Positions 22,634-30,744 of a stretch of 37,683 bases of DNA are shown in pieces (the first letter of the stretch is position 1; every line of letters begins with the position of its first letter). Origin of the DNA: a virus; the IMG/VR virus record IMGVR_UViG_3300014913_000004, positions 1-37,683 of that record; one strand, written 5' to 3'. The position numbers were made by a program, and so were the translations under genes. The notes below the pieces were generated by a model. That model had not been told where the DNA came from and searched no databases. It worked only from the letters and a program-made list of their open reading frames with translations.

Positions 22634-23398
22634 ATGACCTCCGACGACGGAAAAAAAGACGCCACAGTTGAAGAACTGGCTGCCTCCGCAGAATTCTCTC
22701 AAGAAGATGTCGCAGAAGTACCTGCGAAAACGGAAGCTCCTGCTGCAACTGAAGCCCCTAAAGAAGAAGTAAAAGAAGGGGAAGAAGAAGTAGTAGAAAC
22801 AGAAGAAAAAGCAGATACCGACGCTTTAAGTGATGCTGACCTTGCCAATGTTGACAAGTTTAGTAAATTGGACGAACCAGAACGAATCGAGAAGATCCAA
22901 AAGATGCTCGTTTCAGGAAGGAAAGACCAAGTAGCAACAGCTAAAATGCTTATGGATTCGTTTGGAATGGAAATCGAGGAATCGGAATCCACAACAGACG
23001 CAGCCGTAGCAGAATCTTTGAAGAAAATGGGACTTACACCAGAATCGATTAAAGAGCTTCAAACTCAAAAGGAGCTTGAAGAGCGAAAAAAATCGGTTGA
23101 AGTGTGGGCGAAAACTCTGGGAATACCGTCTATTGACACCATTCTCAAGAACAAAGATTTTGTAAAAGCATACCATAGCTCCGATGGAAAAGTTCAGGGA
23201 AAAGTAGATGCTGCCATCAAGGCATATCTCGAAAAAAACCCTGTAACCGATGCAGCGAAGAAACTTGCTACTCTTAAATTGGCTTCTACTGGAGAAGAGA
23301 CTACCGCCACAACCACCAAAAAAGAAGAGGGGGTTGACGACATAGACGATGTTTTGGAGGGTAAATCTCTCGACCAAATAGATTTGGCAAAGTTGTAA
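22634..23398 (+). CDS. Scaffolding protein (acidic, helical)
   Basis: Glu/Lys-rich and predicted helical, directly upstream of the major capsid gene. The track start 22598 adds an implausible MESFFIIHNFFT. Confidence 0.55.
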   Translation: MTSDDGKKDATVEELAASAEFSQEDVAEVPAKTEAPAATEAPKEEVKEGEEEVVETEEKADTDALSDADLANVDKFSKLDEPERIEKIQKMLVSGRKDQVATAKMLMDSFGMEIEESESTTDAAVAESLKKMGLTPESIKELQTQKELEERKKSVEVWAKTLGIPSIDTILKNKDFVKAYHSSDGKVQGKVDAAIKAYLEKNPVTDAAKKLATLKLASTGEETTATTTKKEEGVDDIDDVLEGKSLDQIDLAKL

Positions 23399-23435
23399 TT
23401 GTAAAGGATTTCAATATCCTTAAAAATTACACGCA

Positions 23436-24644
23436 ATGGCTACAAACGATTTCAGTGCCGTATATGCTCAAGTTTTTGGAAAACTTGAGGCTCATGTTAA
23501 ACGCATGACAGTCTTCGAGAAACTTCGAGGAAAAATTGCTCACAACGCTCTCGCAAAGGGTGGAATGGGTAAAACTTACAACTACGATAATACACCAGAG
23601 GGGAAAGCTCGTGCAAATACTCGTGGTACGGATAATGTTATCCAAAACTTTACGAATACTCAAACTCAGTTGGTTATCAACCGAGATTTTGAATATTCCT
23701 TTACTCAGAATCAGTTTGACCAGAAGCTCTACCAAAATGCTGGAGACTTCTTGCTTCGACATTACAAAACAGCTCGTAAGGAGTTGACTGCGTTGATGGA
23801 CGGAGACTTCCTTGGTGAAGTGTCGAAATCAAGTATCACTATCGACCAAGGGGATCTTGGTGGTACTGCTGGAGTTGCAATCGAAATCGGTTCAACTTAT
23901 ACAGCGAAAGCAACTTTGGCGAAGGCGAAAGCAAAGGTTGCGAACAGTTCAGGAGAATATGCAGATATGAGCATGGTGGCAACACCAGATGTACTTGCTG
24001 ACTTTGAAACTGAAGGAGCTACTTCTGGCTTTAATTACGCAGATGCCGTTATGAAGAACGGATTTTTGGGTATGCACATGCTCGGAGTGAACTTCTATGT
24101 ATCAAATCAGGTTCGGCACGCACTCCCATTGACTTGGGCTGGGCAACCGACAGATGGTGATACCTTCATCGTGAAAGGTCAAACTTTGACGGCGGTGGCT
24201 GCCATTGGTACAACTGCTGGTAACTTCTTGATTGGAGCTTCGGCAGACGCTACGAAAGACAACATGAACGGCTTGATTAACAACCCAGCTACAACATCTG
24301 CTACGCAGCGAGCACTTGGAACTGCCACTTCTGACGAAGTTGCGAATTTCGTTCAACTCTCTGCTGTTGATACCTCTGCAACTGTGAACACATTGGTTTC
24401 TAAGTTTGGTAAGATCGCTTACACAAACGCACTCACCAATGTTACAGTGGGAGTTCAGCAAGCTGAATGTTACATCGGACCAAAAGGAATGATTGAACTT
24501 GCGAATCCAATTCCAGTTCACTCAATCGTGCGAAAGGAATCTCAACGAAGTGATGAGAACTATCTCACGGAAGCAGCTTGGGGAGTTCAAGTCCCAACTG
24601 AAAACCGAAAGAAATTTGGTAAACTCGTTATTAAAACAGTTTAA
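23436..24644 (+). CDS. Major capsid protein (called by position and size)
   Basis: 402 aa, after the scaffold gene and followed by a hairpin. Confidence 0.65.
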   Translation: MATNDFSAVYAQVFGKLEAHVKRMTVFEKLRGKIAHNALAKGGMGKTYNYDNTPEGKARANTRGTDNVIQNFTNTQTQLVINRDFEYSFTQNQFDQKLYQNAGDFLLRHYKTARKELTALMDGDFLGEVSKSSITIDQGDLGGTAGVAIEIGSTYTAKATLAKAKAKVANSSGEYADMSMVATPDVLADFETEGATSGFNYADAVMKNGFLGMHMLGVNFYVSNQVRHALPLTWAGQPTDGDTFIVKGQTLTAVAAIGTTAGNFLIGASADATKDNMNGLINNPATTSATQRALGTATSDEVANFVQLSAVDTSATVNTLVSKFGKIAYTNALTNVTVGVQQAECYIGPKGMIELANPIPVHSIVRKESQRSDENYLTEAAWGVQVPTENRKKFGKLVIKTV

Positions 24645-24652
24645 AACTCATA

Positions 24653-24672
24653 GAGCCTCTTTACAGGGGCTT
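24653..24672 (+). terminator. Hairpin GAGCCTCT-ttac-AGGGGCTT after the capsid gene
   Basis: 8-bp stem with two G-U pairs, then TTATTG. Confidence 0.4.
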
Positions 24673-24694
24673 TATTGAGCTTTAAATAAAAAAA

Positions 24695-25201
24695 ATGGCA
24701 ACAGTTACCCTCTCAGAATTTCAAGCAGACATTTACACTCGTGATAATCAGCTACCTGAGCTACCGAGTGACGAAGCCTTCTACTCTTTATTGAAAAGGG
24801 CTATTGTGAATGTTCGTTCAGAGCTTCGGTCTTTTGAGCCAAGCGTTTTTGAAGAATGGCTTGAGAATCAAACATCACCAGTAGCCTTTCCAGACGACCT
24901 TGTGCAGAACGAAATTCCTTTGTTTTACCCGAAGGACGAATATAAATATCCGATGGGTGGGCAACTCATTACAACAAGGAATGGGGCATGGTACATAGAC
25001 GGTTACACAGATTTTAGCGTTAAATATTCAAAACAACTTCCACGAGCCACATCGATGGACGAAAATTTACCGTTCAAAATGGAGAAATGCCAAGAAATTT
25101 TGATTTCTGAAATGATGGCTTTGATTAATGGAACTTATGAGCAGAACGAAGCCGTTGCCACTGTTACAAACGCACTAACCCAATCAAACCGTGTAAAATG
25201 A
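24695..25201 (+). CDS. 168-aa virion protein, possible head-tail adaptor
   Basis: Position only. Confidence 0.35.
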   Translation: MATVTLSEFQADIYTRDNQLPELPSDEAFYSLLKRAIVNVRSELRSFEPSVFEEWLENQTSPVAFPDDLVQNEIPLFYPKDEYKYPMGGQLITTRNGAWYIDGYTDFSVKYSKQLPRATSMDENLPFKMEKCQEILISEMMALINGTYEQNEAVATVTNALTQSNRVK

Positions 25202-26748
25202 GAGCAAATACCCAAATCAACGCTCGTCGACGCTTGTCGAAATCGTATGCTCCGTTTCAATACGGAATGCGAGGTGCTGATTTTAGCTCTGGTGCGAATT
25301 ACCAATCAAACCTTTCTCAAGACAGCGGTGTACTGGAGAAGGTGAAACAAAATACACCATTCGTCGACGCATCTGATTTCTCAGCAATTCAGTACATTGG
25401 AGAATTTATTACCAGCACTGGGGAAAAGCAAGCACTTTACTTTGGTCTCATTGACGCAGAATTAAAATTAAGAGCCGTAGAGGAAGATGGAACAATTCTT
25501 ACCCCAACAGGAGGTCTTGGAGACTTCGTTTTCAGTGGGCTGATCACTACACGGCAAGTTGGAACAGATGTTATTATTGGTTACGACGGAGGAAACAAGC
25601 TTTGGGATGGGGAAGCAATAACTGCAAATGGAGATGAGGAAGTGATTTCTCAGGCTCGTGACGGAGGAAGAGTTGGGTACATCAACACGGACGGAAAAGC
25701 AAAATTTACAGATAACACTCCAACAAGCGGATTCACTGGGGGAACTGGTGCAAATGCTAACGGAGATTATAACTGCGGAATTCCAATAGCAACCGCAATA
25801 GTTGAAGGAGGAACTGGAGTTATTATTCTTGGAGAAAGGAACGCTGAAGCCCACTGGGTACAGCCAAACAATGCTTCCGATGAGGTTTCCAGCCGAACAA
25901 AAATTGAATCATTTAGTTACCTTGGAGAAGGTGTTACAAGTGAAAGATTTGTTTGCTCAACAGGAGAAACGCTTGGGCTTTTGAACAAATCTGGTGTTCA
26001 CGAAATGGATTCTTATTCAGGGCGAACCACGAATTTAATTATTGGTGGAAAAATAGAGCGGTACTGGAAGGAGCGAGTTGATATGACAAATGGTTTCATT
26101 TTCTACGATAGAACAAACGACTGGCTCATAGCACAAGTTGCTCTCGATAGCCCTCAAAATAATGTATTCCTCGCCTTCAACAGGAAGGAAAAAGGCATGC
26201 CTCCTTTCATTATCCCAGAACAATACCTCTCGCATGCGGGAGTTGTTGGAGAAGATATTATTGGTGCTTTGAATGCTGGGGGGGAAACCTTTAAATTGCT
26301 CGATTCGTATTCAATTCCAGATGGAACAACAAGCAAATCTCGCTATATTACAGAGTTTGATGGGCTTGGAACAATGCAGGAGGACAAGAACCTCTTGAGC
26401 GTAACGGCAATTACCGATGTGAATCCAGACGCAATACTAAAAATGAAGGTGTATTTTGACAATGAAACAGTGCCTTCTTTGGAAAAAACAATCTCAATAA
26501 AAGACCTCACTGTTCCAGATGGGAACGCTGCCTATGGAGAATATGTATTCGCCGTTGGAGCAAGCGATCTTGTTAAGGAAAAAGTGGTACGAGGGGAGAA
26601 GGTAAAAGCTGGAATGAGATTCAAAACAATAGCTGTTGAGCTATGGGAGGAATCCAGCGACAATTTCAAAGTTTACGACATTCTTCTTGCTTACAAAGCA
26701 ACAGGAAGGCTGTCTCAAACCATGTCTTTAAAAAATAACTTATTCTAA
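25198..26748 (+). CDS. 516-aa virion/tail protein (nozzle- or tubular-like?)
   Basis: Position only; beta-rich composition. Confidence 0.35.
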   Translation: MRANTQINARRRLSKSYAPFQYGMRGADFSSGANYQSNLSQDSGVLEKVKQNTPFVDASDFSAIQYIGEFITSTGEKQALYFGLIDAELKLRAVEEDGTILTPTGGLGDFVFSGLITTRQVGTDVIIGYDGGNKLWDGEAITANGDEEVISQARDGGRVGYINTDGKAKFTDNTPTSGFTGGTGANANGDYNCGIPIATAIVEGGTGVIILGERNAEAHWVQPNNASDEVSSRTKIESFSYLGEGVTSERFVCSTGETLGLLNKSGVHEMDSYSGRTTNLIIGGKIERYWKERVDMTNGFIFYDRTNDWLIAQVALDSPQNNVFLAFNRKEKGMPPFIIPEQYLSHAGVVGEDIIGALNAGGETFKLLDSYSIPDGTTSKSRYITEFDGLGTMQEDKNLLSVTAITDVNPDAILKMKVYFDNETVPSLEKTISIKDLTVPDGNAAYGEYVFAVGASDLVKEKVVRGEKVKAGMRFKTIAVELWEESSDNFKVYDILLAYKATGRLSQTMSLKNNLF

Positions 26749-27567
26749 ATGACCCAAAAAATTCTCGATTTCGCTAAGTTCAAACTGGCTGCAAAATATA
26801 CTCCAACAGGAGAGACGCCAGATGAAACAATTACAATTATCGCTATAAGCGAAATTTACAATCTCTTACTGCAACGGCAGCTTGGAAACCTTACAAACTT
26901 TCGCCTCACCATTACGGAAAAAGAGGACAAAACGAAATTTATTCGTGTGGGAATTTCTGGGGTTGCGAGTGAGTCACTTGTGGGCGGTAAAAAGCAATAT
27001 GTTCTGAATATTCGGGAATCCGATTCTTCCAATTTAATGGTTGGGTTGGCAAACGACGACGACGGAACAAACAACGACGACAATATTATAGAAACGAACC
27101 TTACAGGGCTTGATTTGTTGAGCTTTAGCAAGGATTCTTCTGTGAATTTGAATGTTGGAACAGGTGAATACGCAGAGCTTGAGACAAGGTTCGAGGAAAA
27201 TGTAGCGAACCGATTTATGCAGGCATTCTGCTTTGACCAAGTTACAGATGTTTCAGTTGGTGATGGAAGAGTTTTCTTGCAAGTTCCAGCGAAATTTAAC
27301 GGTGACGAGCTTTCTGTTGCGAATGCAAGCGTTCTAACGGCAGGAGTTACTGGAGATACAACAATTCAAATTTACAATGTTACGCAGGGTTACGACATGC
27401 TTTCCACTCCAATTACAATCGAAAGTGGAGAATTGACTGGAAGCGGGGTTGTTGACGCAACCAAAAAGGTGGTCTCAACAGGAGATATTTTGAGAATTGA
27501 TATTGATACCGTGAGCACTGGCACAGCTCCAAAGGGGCTTATTACTAACCTTGAATTTCTAAACTAA
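26749..27567 (+). CDS. 272-aa virion/tail protein
   Basis: Position only. Confidence 0.35.
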   Translation: MTQKILDFAKFKLAAKYTPTGETPDETITIIAISEIYNLLLQRQLGNLTNFRLTITEKEDKTKFIRVGISGVASESLVGGKKQYVLNIRESDSSNLMVGLANDDDGTNNDDNIIETNLTGLDLLSFSKDSSVNLNVGTGEYAELETRFEENVANRFMQAFCFDQVTDVSVGDGRVFLQVPAKFNGDELSVANASVLTAGVTGDTTIQIYNVTQGYDMLSTPITIESGELTGSGVVDATKKVVSTGDILRIDIDTVSTGTAPKGLITNLEFLN

Positions 27568-28568
27568 TGGCAGATTTTAATACTGGTGTAATTGACCTCT
27601 CCGTAGAAAACACATTCGATAATGTGATTATGGGGAATGGCGACACCATGACTTTTTCCAACTCAGGAACAGGAGGGGCATTGGGTGCTCCTATTGTTGT
27701 TACTGGAAATTTTCAAGTATCTGGAACGGCAGTAATTACTCTCAGAAATGGGGTAAATCTTTCTGCTGGAGAGGTTGCGGTGCTGGGAATTACAAGAGAT
27801 TTAACCGCAGAAGCTCTCAATTATGGAAATGGTGGGAATGGCGGATCTTCCGTTGCAAATGGAGGTGGTGGTGGAGGAATAGCAAACGGAAGCCAAGGAA
27901 CAACATATTACGACGCAGAAGGTGGAGCGGGAGGTGTTTATAGTGCTGGAGCTGGAGGAGCTGGAGATACTGGCTCTGTAAATAACTCGTATGTTGGAGC
28001 AGGAGGTGGTGGTGGTTCGGCAGGATTACATGGTGTATCTACTGAAAATGTCGCCTTTTATGTTCAAGGAAATGTAAGCATTACTGGAGGAACTATTGAG
28101 GGAGATGGTACTGATGGTGGAAACGGAGGCTCAGGAGGAGCTGGTGGTTATGGAGGAAGAGACCTTGGTACTGCTTGGGGTGGAGGAGGTGGTGGAGGAG
28201 GAGCTGGGGGAGCTGGTGGACACTCAGGAAACCTTTACCTTTACCACATTGGAAGTGCTGCTGAAGCCTTTGACACAAAAAATCTTGACGGAGGAGCGGG
28301 TGGAGCAGGTGGAGGTGGTGGTGCTGGTGGCGGTGGAACAACCGAAGGAGGGGATGGTGTTACTGGAGATGGGGGAGTTACCGTAAAGGGAAATGACGGA
28401 ATAGTGGAACTTATTGAAGTAGATACCACTGCAAGCCTTACGACAGACCCAGTTGAAGATATTTTTGCACGGCAAGTAACGGCTCATGGAAATGTATCGA
28501 GCGACGGAGGAAATGCAATTACAGAACGAGGATTTGTTTACAGCAAATCGCCTAACCCAGCAATTTAA
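27567..28568 (+). CDS. Glycine-rich (GGxGG-type) tail/fibre-associated protein ending in a truncated Fn3-like module
   Basis: Runs such as NGGNGGSSVANGGGGGGIANG and WGGGGGGGGAGGAGGHSG. The C-terminal TERGFVYSKSPNPAI matches the first third of the repeats in the next gene. Confidence 0.55.
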   Translation: MADFNTGVIDLSVENTFDNVIMGNGDTMTFSNSGTGGALGAPIVVTGNFQVSGTAVITLRNGVNLSAGEVAVLGITRDLTAEALNYGNGGNGGSSVANGGGGGGIANGSQGTTYYDAEGGAGGVYSAGAGGAGDTGSVNNSYVGAGGGGGSAGLHGVSTENVAFYVQGNVSITGGTIEGDGTDGGNGGSGGAGGYGGRDLGTAWGGGGGGGGAGGAGGHSGNLYLYHIGSAAEAFDTKNLDGGAGGAGGGGGAGGGGTTEGGDGVTGDGGVTVKGNDGIVELIEVDTTASLTTDPVEDIFARQVTAHGNVSSDGGNAITERGFVYSKSPNPAI

Positions 28569-30731
28569 ATGGCAGATATAAATTTTGGAACAGAAGAGGT
28601 ATTCAACAGCGGAACAACTGCACACACAGATGTTGCAAAGCTTGATGATACTCATTTTGTTGCTTCATATCGAGATACTTCTGGCGGTGGGAATGGTGAG
28701 GTTGTTATTGGTGTTTACGACGGAGACGAGATTACTTCTTATGGAACTCCCGTTAGTTTTGGTGTAGATGTTGATATAACAAGTATTAAAAGAATTAACG
28801 ACAGTACATTCGTATTGGCATACAAAGAAAGTTCTCCTCAATCTGGAAAAGTTGTTATTGGTACTGTTTCAGGAACTTCAATAACGCTACACACAACAGC
28901 ACAATTTAACGGTGGATCTACCCCTGACATTGAGGTTGATGTTTTGGACTCAACGCATTTTGTTATCGGATATAAATCTTTTTCTGCTAGTAACGCAATA
29001 ATAGCGGTTGTTTGCTCCTTGTCGGGAACAACAATAACCGTCGGAACTCCAAATACAGCAAGTGGGATAAACTCAGGAAATGCGAGAGTAACAGCACTTG
29101 ATTCAACACACTTTGCCCTTCTTTATTCAGATGGACAGAACTCAAACTATGGAACTGTTATAATTGGATCTGTTTCTGGTACAACAATCTCCTACGGAAC
29201 TGCAAGTGCTTTTAATAGTTCGGCAACGAGTCAGGTTGCTATCGCAACGCTTAACTCGACCCATTTCGTCGTTGTTTTTTCTGACGGAACAGGAAAGGCT
29301 ATTGTTGGGGAAACCGACGGAGGAACTACGATTGACTCTTATGGGAGCGAATCTGCGTTTGCCAGTGAAAATGCAATACAAAACGGACTTGCTGCATTGG
29401 ACAGTGGCACATTTGTCGTTGCCTTTCGTGGCTTAACAGACGGAACTGGTACGGCTGTTGTCGGAAGTGTTACAGGAACGACGATTGATGGGTACGGAAC
29501 AGAAAACGATTACGCAACACCAAGCTATGGTGCGTACAATGCTGTTGGAATGCTCAGTGCTACCGCATTTGTCATAAGCTATGCGGATAATAATAATTCC
29601 TCATACGGAACGGCTATTATTGGAGAATTGCCACCAACAACACCGATTATGTCAACAGAGGCAGCGACTAGTCTTACAAATGAAGGGGCAACTTTAAATG
29701 GAACGATTGTTGATGTTGGAGAAGCTAACCCAACCGTGAGAGGTTTTTATTACAAAGAAGGCTCTACTGGAGATCCAACAGCGTCTGACATGGTAATAAG
29801 CTCAAATGGTGATTTTAGTGCGGGAGCTTTTACGGAAGAGCTTACTGGTCTTGATTTTGGAACAGATTATAGAATTGCTGCGTTTGCAACAAATTCAGCG
29901 GGAACGGATGTTGGGGAAACAGTTGGAATGACGACTTTAATAGAAACACCAACCGTTACTACGCAAAACCCTTCTGATGTTGTGCAAGAAACAGCAACCT
30001 TGAATGGAAATATTACCGATGTTGGAGATGAAAACGCAACAGAGCGAGGATTTTATTACAAGCAAGGGACGACAGGAGATCCGACTTCAGCTGATACCGT
30101 TGTAAGTGATTTGGGAGATTTTGGAGCTGGTGCGTACACAAAAGGAATTTCTGGACTTACTGCGGGTACTGCATATAGGGTTGCTGCTTTTGCTACTAAC
30201 GGAGGAGGAACGGTTGTTGGTTCAACCGTAAATCTGCTAACTCTGGATGTTCCAAGTATGACAACCGAAGCCGTAAGCGATATTGAACCAGAAACAGCAA
30301 CATTGAATGGAACTATTACAGATACGGGAAATGACAACCCAACAGAGCGAGGATTTTATTATAAGGAGGGTTCAAGTGGAGACCCAACTGCATCAGATTC
30401 TAAAATAAGTTCCTTCGGGGATTTTGGAGTTGGTGCTTATACAGAATCTTTGTCTGGATTGCCAGATTCTACTGATTTTAGAGTAGCTGCCTTTTCAACA
30501 AACTCAATCGGTACTACAATAGGTGCGACAGTTGGGTTCAGCACAATCGCTTACAAAAAAATTGTTGCTGGAACTGTTGGAGCTATGCAGGCTGTACTCG
30601 ACGAACTCGACCCAGACACAACCTATTATGTAAGAGCCTTCGCAACAAATTCAGAAGGAACGGCTTACGGAGACGATGTAGAATTCAAAACACATAAATT
30701 ATTTATTCCTTCCGTAATTAGCGGAAATTAA
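28569..30731 (+). CDS. Tail fibre / receptor-binding protein: seven-fold about 48-aa repeat (beta-propeller-like) plus 3.5 Fn3-like repeats of about 100 aa
   Basis: Seven L(D/N)(S/D)THFV..Y...G..IG.V.GT.I..G blades. Three copies of ATLNG.I.D.G..N.TERGFYYK.G..GDPT..D...S..GDFG.GAY...(L/I)(T/S)GL......Y(R)(V/I)AAFATN, plus a partial fourth. Confidence 0.6.
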   Translation: MADINFGTEEVFNSGTTAHTDVAKLDDTHFVASYRDTSGGGNGEVVIGVYDGDEITSYGTPVSFGVDVDITSIKRINDSTFVLAYKESSPQSGKVVIGTVSGTSITLHTTAQFNGGSTPDIEVDVLDSTHFVIGYKSFSASNAIIAVVCSLSGTTITVGTPNTASGINSGNARVTALDSTHFALLYSDGQNSNYGTVIIGSVSGTTISYGTASAFNSSATSQVAIATLNSTHFVVVFSDGTGKAIVGETDGGTTIDSYGSESAFASENAIQNGLAALDSGTFVVAFRGLTDGTGTAVVGSVTGTTIDGYGTENDYATPSYGAYNAVGMLSATAFVISYADNNNSSYGTAIIGELPPTTPIMSTEAATSLTNEGATLNGTIVDVGEANPTVRGFYYKEGSTGDPTASDMVISSNGDFSAGAFTEELTGLDFGTDYRIAAFATNSAGTDVGETVGMTTLIETPTVTTQNPSDVVQETATLNGNITDVGDENATERGFYYKQGTTGDPTSADTVVSDLGDFGAGAYTKGISGLTAGTAYRVAAFATNGGGTVVGSTVNLLTLDVPSMTTEAVSDIEPETATLNGTITDTGNDNPTERGFYYKEGSSGDPTASDSKISSFGDFGVGAYTESLSGLPDSTDFRVAAFSTNSIGTTIGATVGFSTIAYKKIVAGTVGAMQAVLDELDPDTTYYVRAFATNSEGTAYGDDVEFKTHKLFIPSVISGN

Positions 30732-30744
30732 AACCCAAAAAAAT

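Noticed and set aside
22193-22702. 169-aa minus-strand ORF
   Set aside because: It is antisense to the portal end, the 22248 gene and the scaffold start, and lies within a uniformly plus-strand late operon. No promoter or coupling evidence.
28093-28429. Track ORFs 28093-28341(-), 28096-28386(+) and 28241-28429(-)
   Set aside because: They are open only because the GGT/GGA/GGC repeat lacks stops in several frames. They are nested in the 27567-28568 gene.
29645-30695. Diversity-generating retroelement (template/variable repeat) in the fibre gene
   Set aside because: The repeats are ordinary in-frame domain duplications. No reverse transcriptase or adenine-specific mismatch pattern is present.
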